From NCBI GenBank assembly GCA_964016885.1, contig OZ024741.1:231136001-231200000 (forward strand): 64,000 nt of DNA, in the 5' to 3' direction. The position numbers and the translations under genes were made by a program. The DNA comes from Eledone cirrhosa. Taxonomy: Eukaryota. Of the stretch, positions 42,757-57,410 are shown piece after piece. Below the pieces are notes generated by a model that was given only the letters and a program-made list of their open reading frames with translations, had not been told where the DNA came from and ran no database searches. Within the stretch, counting starts at the first letter, position 1, and each line of letters opens with the position of its first letter.

Positions 42757-45700
42757 AAGAATTGAAATATTAGAGTGTGTTGGAGTTAAACACCCTCTTC
42801 GTATTATAGAAATGACAGTAAAGGTATAGCTCAATGTAATTAATCAGAGCCGAAGAATTATGAAAATAAACCAAAGAAGCTTTCAATACATCAAAAGTCT
42901 TTATTAGCCAACAATGTTTCGTCCTATTAAGGACTCATCAGGGCAATTAAAGCTATAAGAAGCACTATCATCCAATACAAGCCGAAAACTCAGAAGAATA
43001 TGGAGTGTACATAGATTAAATCATAAGAAAATAATTGGGTAAAAATTATCAAGTAAAAAATGATCAAGTAAAAAATTGCTAAGGAAGTAAGTAACACTTT
43101 GAACCATATTACAAATATAGTCCAATGCAAAAACTAGAGCTAAAACAGAGGTGGTGATATAGAGCGGGAATTATTGTACTATATATAATATAATATAACA
43201 TAATATAATTAATAATGATAATAATAATAATGTTAATAGGCCCAACATACATATATATATATATACATATGTACACATATATACATATATATCAATACAC
43301 ATTTCCATCAATAGAAGCACAAACTAACCCTTATTAAGAGTTTAAATATAAATAATAATAATAATAATAAAATAAAAATAAAAATAAAATACAAATTAAA
43401 ATAAAATAAAAATATAATACATATAAAATTTACAGTATAAAATTAAGAATAAATGATTATAATTAAGCATAACATATATAATAAACTATATAATTATATA
43501 ATAGATAATCACCGGTTAATTTGCACAAACAATATAAATGTTACAATAACAGTAAAATCACAATATTATAATATAATGGCATATAACTTAACAAATCATA
43601 TAGAGTTACAGACAGGGTGAGAGAAAAAATATTGTACAGAACTAAATAATATTGGAAAAATTATGTTGGAAAATATCAAAACCATTGCAAGAAAATAGAT
43701 CAAATTTCTATACAGTTGGTGTAAATAAATATTATCCGAACATTACAATAATTATAAAAATATAAACATATTACAGGATTTACAGAATTTAACATAACAT
43801 AATGGTACATTTAATAATAGGTAAATAATTGTTTCTACTTTAGGCACAAGGCCAGCAATTACCCAGTGTATTACTGGTACTTTATTTTATCGACCCCGTA
43901 AGGATGAAAGGCAAAGTCAACCTCGGCGGGATTTGAGGTTGACAAATAATAATGATCAGTAGTATGTTTACAAAGAGTGGAATGATATAAAATTTCAATA
44001 TAAAATATTGAACATAGTATAATATACATAATTACATGGTTGGTGGAGAGACATTTGTGAATAAGTGAATGAGAGGCAGACAGACAGACTACGCACGGTA
44101 GTATATATAAATAAATACAATCAACCGGAAATTGAAAAACAAAAACAAAAGTATTTACTTAGGTGTCGCATGCAGTTAAGTAAAAATTTTAGGAAACAAA
44201 CCCGGATAAATGACTAGAAAACCCTATTAAAATAATTAATATTGAAAGTACTTAAAATACATAATAAGTCCATACAAAATTAGCTATGGTTTAAGTAATC
44301 AAAATCCCCGAATTTAAAGAAATCACTATAAAAATATATCTGGAAAAAATGAAATATTCAACTATCAGTTGCATAACGTTATCTAATAAACAGGCTTTAA
44401 ATAGAGTTATGGTAAGCCAATGGGGACAGAAAAAAGAAATGTATGGAGGATATGAAAGAGCATAAAATCATAATCCACATACTGTATTATACAATATAAA
44501 GGAGCGTAAAAGGGAATTGGATATATTTATAGTATATTTGAAGGGGCGAGTGACAAGTATGTATGTGTGTGTGGGGGGGGGGGGGGTAGTTATCCAAAGA
44601 AGAATCCAAATAAAATAGAATATAAAATAAAATAAGATATATAATCAGATATAAACTCATAAGGTGTTAATAGTGAAAATATATTTAAGAAGATAGAAAT
44701 GGTAAGGTAGCCAAAAGATTATGAAAGCTATAATGAAAAGCTGTCAAAAGCCAATGATAAAAATGATGATAATGATGGTGGTAAACATAATAAACCTTAA
44801 CTAAAAAGATAAGGGAATGTAGCAGCTAATGGATACAATTTACACTACTAGAACCTTTAGGTTTATAATAAAAGTAAGAATTTGAAATGGCGTGGGGGCA
44901 AGAAGAGAATATCTCAGACTTTCTATTAAGTAAGGTTTCCCTTGAGAAAATTATAGAGTGGGTCTCAAGGATACAGAGATTGAAAAATTTAGTATGTGTT
45001 GAAAGGTTATTAGAGCGTGCTACTATACGCCAACTAAGGTTATATGGTATATTAAAGAAGTAGAATTCTTAAACTTAACATGTTTAAAATTAGAGATATG
45101 AGAATTAAACCTAGTCTTAAAAGTGTTAGATGTAGAGCCTATATACGTGCTATTAAGATAATTAGTTTTAACAACACAAGCATAAACGATGTTCTTAGAG
45201 AGGCAGTTACCGTTTAAAGGGCAGTTAGCACCCACTCTACAGTTACACTTCCGGGTGTTATTGATCGGCTGAAGTAGTGATACATCGCACGTAGGATTAC
45301 TATGAGATAAAGTCTGCTCTGGTGGTAAGGCATTTACGGATCTATTCTGACTAATAGTACGTAGAGAGGAGTATCCATCTCTAATTTTCCCATTGTTAGT
45401 GCTAGCTAAATGAGAACTAATATTAGGGGTGGTAGAGAATTAAGGTTTAATTACATTTTTTATTAAAAATACTATGGTATTTATTAGTAGGAGGGAAGTT
45501 TTTCTCTAAGATAGAAAAGAAAGACCTTGGGATGTTAGTTAATACTTCCTGATTATATGGCGGGTTAAAATAAGTATTTAGTTTCCTTCTATGTTTATCC
45601 TTACCAACTCTACCGTTATCTAATGTCCCATTATTAAGATTTGGGTTACAACAAGGATTAGTTAAAACCACATTACTAGAATCAGCCGAAACTCGATTAA

Positions 45701-45998
45701 GTCTCTTTCTGTTTCTACCTCTAGTATAACTGCCGCCAACTGAAGTCATATCAAAAGGATTAGGGCCAATAATAGGATCAGTAGAAACAACATTATTAGA
45801 ATTAGGTATATCAAAAGTATTACCAATGGGTGAGCGCTCAGAGGGCTCGACTTGATTCCTAGAAGTATTAGATTCTCTGGTACGAGTCCGGTGGCTTAAC
45901 TCATGGATGGGTTCAGATACACCTATGTGATTTCTACGATTCTTATGCTTTCTACTCCCATTCATGGCCATATTATGTGATATTATATATATATACAT
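42757..45998 (-). mobile_element. PLE 3' fragment: long linker, degenerate GIY-YIG, ~2-kb 3' UTR ending in an HHR; SINE inserted at 43826-43937
   Basis: YFNPPYNQEVLTNIP..FPPTNKYHSIFN (45447-45998). CNCRVGANCPLNGNCLSKNIVYACVV..YIGSTSNTFKTRFNSH (~45023-45250). Confidence 0.85.
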
Positions 45999-46231
45999 AT
46001 ATATACATATATATGTATATATATATTGTTATACTTGGGGAGGGTCATATTTGTGTAATATTGCCAGAATTAATAACAGAACACACTCACTGTTTGGTTG
46101 GTTTTCGCTTCTCGCTTCTGTGTCTTTTATATCGGTAATCTAACTTACTCGGTCCTCAATGTTGCCATTGACTGACCGACGGTCAAAAATAATACAGATA
46201 CAATATAGACACACACACATATATATAGTTT

Positions 46232-46272
46232 ATCATAATCTTTCGTTGCACATCTGCAACATCGTCAGTGGT
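46232..46272 (-). ncRNA. Type I hammerhead in pseudo-LTR-like repeat 46025-46460
   Basis: acca CTGACGA t gttgca gatg tgcaac GAA AGATT A tgat. Confidence 0.65.
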
Positions 46273-46814
46273 GCTATATTTTCCTCATGTTGTATTGTAT
46301 GTCTACGCCATTTTTATTCAGTCTGTCTATATATTTATTTATTTATTTGCTTGTTTGTTTATTTTATTTTGTCTTCTTTGCGCATGCGTTTGCGTGTGTG
46401 TATAGTGTTTTGTTTGCTGTGTGATGGGTGACTAGTGTGTGTTTATGTGCTTGTTGTTATTGTGCTTGTGTATGTATTTATTTATTTATTTATTTATTTT
46501 ATTTTATTTACTTATTTATACGCAGTCAACTTGCGGCTACCAAGATGAAAACTACTATGAAATCCCACAATGAATTTTATACTTGAATTTTCAAATCTCA
46601 AATTTTAACTCTTCTTATTATTAATTTTTCTTAATATTAATCAACATTTGAAAAGATGGCTTTTGCAGACCCATCGAAACCGGTCATTTTTTATACCCTT
46701 TATAAAATTATGTTTTTTCACAAAAAAGTATTCTGTCTCTTATATATTCCATGTGCCATTACCAACCTCAATTTTCTCTATAACTTTCGTTTTGTGTAGT
46801 AAATTACACTTTTC

Positions 46815-46847
<33 letters not shown>

Positions 46848-47018
46848 CATATACACACACATATGCGTGTGTGTAAACATATATTTATATACATATACAC
46901 ACACATACATATACACACACATATACACACACACACACACACATACATACACATATATACATATATACACAAGAAAAAACACAAACACACAAATATACAC
47001 ACACACACGCATACACAT

Positions 47019-47077
<59 letters not shown>

Positions 47078-47599
47078 TATATATATATATACACATATAT
47101 ATATATACACATATATATATATATATACATACATACAAATACACACATACACATATACAAGCACACACGCATACATACACACAATACATACAAATAAGTA
47201 CACATAAACGCATATGCACTAAGACGCACTCGTTCGCACCCATACATGTGTCTATAATATAATGGTAGTGGGACAAATTTTAAAGTTTAAATTTTAAATT
47301 TTAAACTGGGCCTGATAGAGGATTAAAATAATTAATATCACTACTAAGGTATTAATATTATCATCAAGTAATTAATTACTATTTATTATTTACTATTTAC
47401 CGTTCACTATTCGTTACCTATCTTTTATCTTTTATCTATTCATTACCTAATCATTCACTCATAAATTAATAAATAAATGAATGAGTTAACTAACAAACAA
47501 ACAAACAAACAAACAAACAGATAAACAAATAAACCAGTAAATAAGTAAATAAATAAATAAATAAATAAAATTAATAAATAAATAATTAAATAAAGTAAC

Positions 47600-47630
<31 letters not shown>

Positions 47631-47895
47631 AGATAGAGATAAATAGATAAATAAATCACGAACGTGTGTGTGCAGCAGTTCATAACTCCACGTATGCAAA
47701 CATGAGCAGGTATATACGTGAATTTATGTGTGCAGCCACGGAACTTTACTGAGAGGCATACAACACAATATATAAGACCTGGAGGGGAGGAAAGAAGGTA
47801 ATAATGAGAGATAGAGGGGAGGAAAGAGGGTAATAATGAGAGATGGAGGGATGGAATTGGGATGGGGGGTGGGTGTGGGGTGGTGATAGGGGGGG

Positions 47896-48531
47896 TCAGT
47901 CGGGGGGCCGGGTGGGTCTGTAGTTTTTGTAATTTGCATAGTTCTTGTGCATGCAATTAGGGGAGTGTTCCGAGATCTTGTTTTGGAGAGGGCCTTTGGC
48001 GAATAGAATCTCATAGCTCTCGAAGATACAGAGGTCACAGCAATTATGGCCTCCCGTGTAGGATCGCGCTCTCTGGAGTAGTCTCCATTGGGTCTTGAAG
48101 GGGATGGAGTTCCTTTTAAGGTGCCAGATGTGGGCGGCGAGTGTAGTTTGATTAGATTTTTCTGGGCACCGGAACGAATGTGTGTGGGCGTACCAGCGAG
48201 TCTTAAAACTATTCGAAGTCCTCCCGATGTACGAGTTTCTTTTTTCATCGGGGCCTGAGAGTACATCGCATATATAGACGAGATCTTTTTTTAGACAGTT
48301 GTTGTTGAGAGGGCAGGTCGTCTTATCAGGGCAATTGCAGTTTCTATCGGTTGCTGGATGGGCTTCGGAAAAAGTAGACTTATTTAGCTTCTTGATGTTA
48401 TTGTTGGCTAAGTTCCTAGCTAGATTAGGTGGGGTAGAGTAATAGAGTCTAATGGTATTCTTATTAAGGATAGTATAGTACCTATGTTGGGTGGGGAAGT
48501 GTTTTGGGAAGAGAGTGAAGAAAATTTTAGC
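47896..48531 (-). CDS. PLE linker plus GIY-YIG endonuclease, uninterrupted 211-codon frame without a start codon (not in the ORF track)
   Basis: Manual translation: AKIFFTLFPKHFPTQHRYYTILNKNTIRL...CNCPDKTTCPLNNNCLKKDLVYICDV..SYIGRTSNSFKTRWYAH..CDLCIFE..CMHK..PPD*. Confidence 0.85.
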   Translation of the reverse strand, partial: AKIFFTLFPKHFPTQHRYYTILNKNTIRLYYSTPPNLARNLANNNIKKLNKSTFSEAHPATDRNCNCPDKTTCPLNNNCLKKDLVYICDVLSGPDEKRNSYIGRTSNSFKTRWYAHTHSFRCPEKSNQTTLAAHIWHLKRNSIPFKTQWRLLQRARSYTGGHNCCDLCIFESYEILFAKGPLQNKISEHSPNCMHKNYANYKNYRPTRPPD

Positions 48532-48579
48532 TGGGTCTGTTCATCCTCCACAGGTTGAAGATCCTCTTCACATGCCTCT

Positions 48580-49100
48580 CCGGTGGTCTCTACCGAGATG
48601 ACGGCCTCTTTGCCCTCCACAAAAGCAACCCCAGGACCACAGATGGGTTCAGGAAAAACCTTTACACCTTCTTTAAAAACTTAGGCCTTAGGATTACCTT
48701 AGATTCGAACTTAACTAAAGCTAACTTCCTAGACGTTACCCTCGACTTAGAAACTTCCCTTTACTACCCGTACCACAAACCTAAAGAATCGCTTAGATAT
48801 ATAGACGTTAATTCTAACCACCCCAAAAATATATTAGACAACCTAGTAAAAAGTGTCTCCATTAGGATATCTAGCCTCGCCGCCAATGAAGACATCTTTA
48901 GAGCAGCAGCCCCCTATTACAACGAGGCCCTGGCCCGCAGCGGCTTTAGAGATAAGATCACCTACCTTAATATAGCCCAACGCCCACCCAGGGAGAATAG
49001 GCGAAGGCACATTACCTGGTACAAACCCGCCTTCAACCGCGAAGTTTCAACACCTGTAGCTAAAATTTTCTTCACTCTCTTACAAAAACACTTCCCCACC
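48580..49100 (+). pseudogene. PLE RT C-terminal half and thumb
   Basis: GGLYRDDGL..NFLDVTLDL..YPYHKP..SNHP..ITWYKPAFN..KHFPT, then jumps into 3' UTR sequence. Confidence 0.9.
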
Positions 49101-49392
49101 CCCGTCCCCCATCCCAATTCCGTCCCTCCATCTCTCATTATTACCCTCTTTCCTCCCCTCTATCTCTCATTATTACCTTCTTTCCTCCCCTCCAGGTCTT
49201 ATATATTGTGTTGTATGCCTCTGAGTAAAGTTCCGTGGCCGCACACACAAATTCACGTATATACCTGCTCATGTTTGCATACGCGGAGTTATGAACTGCT
49301 GCGCGCACACGTTCGTGATTTATTTATCTATTTATTTATTTATTTATTTATTTATTTAGTTACTTTATTTACTTATTTATTTATTTATCTAC

Positions 49393-49427
<35 letters not shown>

Positions 49428-49883
49428 CTTATTTACTGGTTTATTTGTTTATCTGTTTGTTTGTTTGTTAGTTAACTAATTCATTTATTTATTAATTTAT
49501 GAGTGAATGATTAGGTAATGAATAGATAAAAGATAAAAGATAGGTAACGAATAGTGAATGGTAAACAGTAAATAATAAATAGTAATTAATTACTTGATGA
49601 TAATATTAATAACTTAGTAGTGATATTAATTATTTTAATCCTCTATCAGGTCCAGTTTAAAATTTAAAGTTTGAAATTTGAAATTAAAAATTTAAAATTT
49701 GAAGTTTGGAATTTGAATTTTAAAATTTAAAATTTGTCCCACTACCATTATATTATAGACACATGTATGAGTGTGAACGAGTGCGTGTTTGTGCATATGC
49801 GTTTATGTGTACTTATCTGTATGTATGTATGTGTATCTATGCGTGTGTGCTTGTATATGTGTATGTGTGTGTATGTATATATG

Positions 49884-49958
<75 letters not shown>

Positions 49959-50892
49959 TTATATATGTATGTGTGTGTGTATATGTATATATGTATATAT
50001 GTGTGAATGTATGTGTTTGTGTGTGTGTGTGTATGTATGTGTATGTATGTGTGTGCATATGTATGTATGTGTATGTATAGTTTAGTTTATACCGATAGAC
50101 TTACATACATGTGGGTGTGTATATACATATATGTATATATGTATATATATATATATATATATGTGTGACAGTGCAATAATATCACGTCGGTGCAATAATA
50201 ACTAAATTAAGTTATTAGGACAATTAAAACGCGTAAAGTGAGTGAAACAAGATAACAACAAAGAGGATAGCTAACCGCAGAAGGAAGGGAACAAGCTTCA
50301 TAGTTATTCTGTTAGCATAAGCTAGGTGAATATATGAGCGCTTAGAAAAAAGACCTTTCAGGAGCGAATTCAAATGTGAGAAAGAGAGAAAATGATTTCG
50401 TCGCGAACGGAGTGAAGTGAGAAGAGGAGAAACAGTGAGTGAGTGAGTGGAAGTGTGAGGAAGAGTTAACTGACATGTCAGAGGGGGCGAAAGAAAGTAG
50501 GAGAAACAGAGAGAGCGAGGGAGCAGTAAGAGAGAGAGAGAAAAAAAAACAGAATCGCAGTATAGGCAAATATATGTGAACAAATGGGGAGAAGAATACT
50601 GCTGGTTGCACATGGATAACATGTAATAAAATAAGTCCCTCATCAGTAGATATATGTGTATGCGCACGTGTGTATGTGTAGATATATATATGTGTGAGTA
50701 TGTGTATGCGTGTGTGTGTGTATAATGGTGTGTTTGTGTTTTTTCTTGTGTATATATGTATATATGTGTATATATGTATGTGTGTGTGTGTATATGTGTA
50801 TGTGTGTGTATGTGTATATATATGTGTATACACACACACATATGTGTGCGTATGTGGGTGTGTATATATATATATATATGTGTATATGTGTA

Positions 50893-50934
<42 letters not shown>

Positions 50935-50965
50935 GGTGTGTGTGTGTATGTGTAGGTATGCACAC

Positions 50966-51065
<100 letters not shown>

Positions 51066-51300
51066 ATATATGTATATATATGTGTGTGTGTAAGTGTTCT
51101 TGTATGTGGTGAGTATGTAAATATATTTTATTCTTTCCATTCTGTGGCTTGTATGCTAACTTGACCACTCACCTCAGTCTGTGTCATGATTCGGTCTTGT
51201 TTAATGTTTAATTTCTATTACCAACCCACCTAAAAAATTTCCCTACTGTATATCTGTTGAATTACTATTCTTGGGTTTTTTATTTATTTATTATTTTTTT

Positions 51301-51343
<43 letters not shown>

Positions 51344-51558
51344 TTCATGTATCTATTTATTCAAAAATTTATTTATTTACTTATTTATTTATCACAAAAA
51401 AGCACTCTGGCTACTTGACCACTCCCCAAAGAAAAAACGGCCTGTGACATGTTGTGGTCCCGTGTATCTAAATACCATCCTACCCCCCCCCCCCCCAGCC
51501 ACCACCCCTCCCATACCACTACCTAAATGTATAAATACCAAAACTTAATATGACACCC

Positions 51559-51609
51559 AGCTTCCTGAAGATTTCATCTGAAGGAAACAGTACTAGTCCT
51601 GTAGAAGCT
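51559..51609 (+). ncRNA. Type I hammerhead with a long near-palindromic stem III
   Basis: agcttc CTGAAGA t ttca tc tgaa g GAA ACAGTACTAGTCCTGT A gaagct. Confidence 0.85.
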
Positions 51610-51696
51610 CCTTCTATAAAATAAAAAATGGTTTACTCTGCCATGTATTGAGTACCTTACTTACTGTGGTAATCCCCGACTCAACCCGGGACCTAC

Positions 51697-51771
<75 letters not shown>

Positions 51772-51804
51772 TTAATATACATATATATATATATACATAT
51801 ATAT

Positions 51805-51921
51805 ATAAGTTGTAATAAAATAAAAACTAAATTTCATTTCTCACTCTTAGTACGGCACTTACTTAAATGTAAGTATGTATGTATACGTACATACATATAT
51901 GTATACAGACGTACAGTAGCA

Positions 51922-51957
<36 letters not shown>

Positions 51958-52383
51958 CAGGTACACATACATATATGTACGTATAAGTTTAGCGGACGCT
52001 TATTATAACGCCCGCTTTGTTCGTTTATAAACAAACTGAACAGCCTGAATTTATGCCGTACGGTGTTAAGGCAACCACGTCACCTTTTTGTTCAACACTG
52101 ACACAGGAACGATGTACTAGTTTCAAGGTTGTTAGCTATCATCAGCACCGTATACCCATCTGCCAGATGGTTGAACGTTCGAAAGTATATACTTTCCTTA
52201 TGAAAATTAACGGCTGAGCAGCCTAATTTGCATATCGAGTGAGTTCGGCCAGGCGTACCGAGAACGATAAGTTGTATTAAAATGAAAACGAAATTTCATT
52301 TCCCACTCTTAGTACGGCACTTACTTAAATGTAAGTATACGTACATACATATATGTATACAGACGTACAGTAGCATGCAATGC

Positions 52384-52457
<74 letters not shown>

Positions 52458-52870
52458 GTATATATATATATACATACAGGTACACATACATATATGTACG
52501 TATCAGTTTAGCGGACGCTTATTATAACGCCCGCTTTGTTCGTTTGTAAACAAACTGAACAGCCTGAATTTATGCCGTACGGTGTTAAGGCAACCACGTC
52601 ACCTTTTTGTTCAACACTGACACAGGAACGATGTACTAGTTTCAAGCTTGTTAGCTATCATCAGCACCGTATACCCTTCTGCCAGATGGTTGAACGTTCG
52701 AAAGTATATACTTTCCTTATGAAAATTAACGGCTGAGCAGCCTAATTTGCATATCGAGTGAGTTCGGCCAGGCGTACCGAGAACGATAAGTTCTAATAAA
52801 ATGAAAACGAAATTTCATTTCTCACTCTTAGTACGGCACTTACTTAAATGTAAGTATGTATGTATACGTA
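51805..52870 (-). mobile_element. ~519-bp HHR tandem repeat (~2.2 units); inverted diverged copy at ~59535-59900
   Basis: acggtg CTGATGA t agct aaca agct t GAA ACTAGT A catcgt at 52628-52670; copy at 52109-52151 has one stem II mismatch. + copy at 59609-59651. Confidence 0.87.
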
Positions 52871-53009
52871 AAAATATGTGTATGTGTGTGTGTGTGTGTA
52901 GTAGTAGTAGTAAAGAGGTAGTTGTTGTGATAATGGTCAGCAGGTATGTGTGTGCGAACCGCAGCCTGTTGACAGTTCAAATGCCTATTAAGACAAGTGT
53001 GTGTGTGTG

Positions 53010-53042
<33 letters not shown>

Positions 53043-53153
53043 AGCACAGTAATTCGTGGTAGATGGATGGTCAGTAGGAATGTGTCTGTAAGTGTGTGGA
53101 GGATATTTTAACATGCTAAAAGATATTTTTCAGCTCTTGTCTTATACGGAGAA

Positions 53154-53187
<34 letters not shown>

Positions 53188-53434
53188 CTCTGTGTATGTT
53201 AATGTACCGTGTGTATGTGTGTGTGTATATATGTGCGTGTGTGCGCATACACGTGTGTCAGTGTGTGTGAGAAGGTGTGTGTGTGTGTGTGGGTGGACCA
53301 GTAATTATTTTTGTGGTACTGGTGAGATGTTGTACATTATTCGATATTTTCAGTAAAATCGATTCTCTCAATAGAACATCAAAAACCTTAATAATAAAAG
53401 GTGTAAAATGATATATAGTATTGGCATAATACCA

Positions 53435-53773
<339 letters not shown>

Positions 53774-53909
53774 TATACATATATATATATATATATATAT
53801 ACATATATATGTATATATATATGTATATATATATATACATATATATGTATATATATGTATATATATATACATATATACGTATATATATGTATATATATAT
53901 ATGTATATA

Positions 53910-53954
<45 letters not shown>

Positions 53955-54003
53955 GTATATATATGTATATATATATGTATATATATATATATATATATAT
54001 ACA

Positions 54004-54084
<81 letters not shown>

Positions 54085-54131
54085 GTATATATGTATATAT
54101 ATATGTATATATATATATATGTATATATATG

Positions 54132-54170
<39 letters not shown>

Positions 54171-54186
54171 GTATATATATATCCAT

Positions 54187-56014
54187 ATACTCTTTTACTC
54201 TTTTACCTGTTTCAGCCATCCGGCTGAGGCCATGCTGGGGCACCGCCCTTGTTGCTACACATTTTATCTCCTGCCTTTCATAGCTTTGCCACTTGTGTAA
54301 GAGGGAGTTTGTTGCTGCTTCCCTTAGATTTCCTCGTCCCTTGCTGTGGGTTCATCCGGGATCCTGGATAGCAAGGTATCGAGATGTTTCTTGAAGACAT
54401 CCATCTCCACGTCATACAAATCTCACAGATCCCTCGGCAGCCTTTTGAAGAGTTGAGGGCCCTTGAATCCCAGGCTATTGCAATACCTGCTCCTTATTCT
54501 AGATGTGGAAGAGGGGACCTTTGGCACCACACAGTGACGTCCTGTTCGACGGTTGGTCCAGATCCCAATGCCAAAGATTGGTACTAGTCCATCCAGGATT
54601 TTCCACATGTAGATCACTGCGTATCTCTCCCGTCTTCGTACCAAGGAGTAGAGGTTCAGTTCCTTTAGCCTCTCCCAGTAGCTTGTCTTCTTCATCGTAG
54701 CAATGCCCTTTGTGCAGCTTCGCTGGATTGCCTCATGCTCCGTGGTTAGTTTGACACTATGGGATGACCACAACTGGGAGCAGTAGTCCAGGCGGCTTAG
54801 GACAAATGTCCTCCATAATGTCAACATGGTGTCTCGGTCTCTTGTCCGGAAAGTCCTCAAGATCCAGCCAGCGAGTCGTCTGCACATTGTCGCCACTTTC
54901 AAGATGTGTGAGGAAAAAGATGCATCATCGCTCATGTCTATGCCCAGGTCTCGTATCGATTTTGACACGGGGATATCGGTCCCTCCTTGTCCTGTGTAGT
55001 TGTGTTGTACTATATTTGTGTTTGCAGGTTTGTTTGGAGGTTTGTTTTGTAGGGCTTGGTATTTGCCAGCATTAAACTGCATGTTGCTTTCTTCAGCCCA
55101 TTTGTATATGGCATCCAGATCGTGTTGTAAAAGGGCAGCGTCAGCCGGGTGTTTGATGGCTTGTGCTACCTTAGTGTCATCAGCATAGCTAGTGAGGGAT
55201 GTTGTTGTATGTACTACAGAGGGCATGTCTGAGAGAGCCACCCGAAACAGTAGTGGTCCCAGGACTGTCCCCTGGGGCACCCCATTTGTTATTGGTGTTT
55301 CCTTTGAGAGGGCCCCATTTGCTGCGACTGTCTGGCTTCTGTCCTTTAGGAAGTCATGCAGCCACTCACCTACTTTTCCAGTTATGCCGAGTCCGTGTAG
55401 TTTGTGACATATCATTCCGTGATCGACCTTGTCAAAGGCCTTCGCAAAGTGAGCTGTCTAGTAGTTGTTTCAGTACCTAGTCTTAGTGACGTAGCAGCTG
55501 TGTAAGGCAGTTTCTTCCTGGGCGAAAGCCATGTTGCGTGTTAGTAAGGCGGTGATTTTCCTCGAGGAAAGTGATCAGTTTCTTTCTGACGACTCGCTCC
55601 ATGACCTTACTGATATGCGACGTCAGGGAGACTGGCCTATAGTTTTTGTCTTCCGCTCTGCTACCTCCTTTATGGATAGGGCATATTGTGCCCTATTTCA
55701 GCTCCCTGGGTAGTACACCGCTAGCCAAGGAGCTTCTGAAGAGCCTCTTCAGTGGAGTTGCTAAGGCCCGCTTACATATTTTTAAGAGAACTGCTGGGAA
55801 TTCAATAGGTCCAGCAGCTGAATCTGTTCTAATTTCATTTATGGCGTACACCACATCCTCTTCCGTCATGTCTAAGTGGTTTATCGTCGCCATTTCTTCA
55901 TGTAGTATTGTGGCATCAAATAACTCCTCTGGCTTCGTTATTTGCATGTGCCTCAGTGGACATGGGAACACACTTTTGTACTGTTCGTTTAGTATTTCAC
56001 ATATCTCTTGGGGG
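54187..56014 (-). mobile_element. CR1/L2-clade LINE, 5'-truncated and degenerate, with 3' tail
   Basis: [14 protein letters not shown]; FDKVDHGMICHKL; GVPQGTVLGPLLF; SYADDTK; RLDYCSQLW. 3' end gaaacaggtaaaagagtaaaagagta abuts (TA)n. Confidence 0.93.
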
Positions 56015-56070
56015 TATATATAAATATGTATATATATATGTATATATATGTGTATATATATATGTATATA

Positions 56071-56137
<67 letters not shown>

Positions 56138-56202
56138 GTATATATATATGTATATATATATGTATATATATATATAAATATATGTATATATATATGTATA
56201 TA

Positions 56203-56338
<136 letters not shown>

Positions 56339-56607
56339 GTTAAAAGAATAGAGGTGTAACACACAAGTTATTATATATTGGTAAACGGAATAGAACATGC
56401 TGACAAATTGTTCACAGTGAAAAATAGTTTAATTAGGAATAAATGAGAATTAGTAATTCTATTGGTTAGTATTTAGTTTTGGTTTTAAGTTTTACCGGTT
56501 GCGCATTTCTAAATGCTTTTCAAAAATAATTTTGAGATAGAGCGTCCGTGATGTTTGCTCTGATCTGAGGTAAAAGACTAATGTATATCTATATATCTAT
56601 ATATATG

Positions 56608-56642
<35 letters not shown>

Positions 56643-57017
56643 ATACTTTGGGAGGGTGATGTTTCCAATAAAAAACACACGCACCAGTTGCTTTCACTTC
56701 AGTTTATTATATATTTATAAATTTACAAGTTTATAAATTTATAAATTTCTGGTTGGTTTGTTTGGTTCCACAACCAGATAGTTGTTTATATATATATATA
56801 TACAACTATATAAACAACTATCTGGTTGTGGAACCAACCAACCAACCAGAAATTTATAAATTTATAAACTTGTAAATTTATAAATATATAATAAACTGAA
56901 GTGAAAGCAACTGGTGCGTGTGTTTCTTATTGGCAACATGACCATCCCAAAGTATAACAATATCGGTTTCAACACACGATTTCAGATAAAGAATATTGCT
57001 AAACAAATTCAGGAACG

Positions 57018-57068
<51 letters not shown>

Positions 57069-57140
57069 TAAATATCGTATATATATATATATATCTATCT
57101 ATCTATCTATCTAAGTATGTATATATATATATATATATGC

Positions 57141-57191
<51 letters not shown>

Positions 57192-57192
57192 C

Positions 57193-57289
<97 letters not shown>

Positions 57290-57290
57290 C

Positions 57291-57335
<45 letters not shown>

Positions 57336-57348
57336 GATAGATAGATAG

Positions 57349-57402
<54 letters not shown>

Positions 57403-57410
<8 letters not shown>
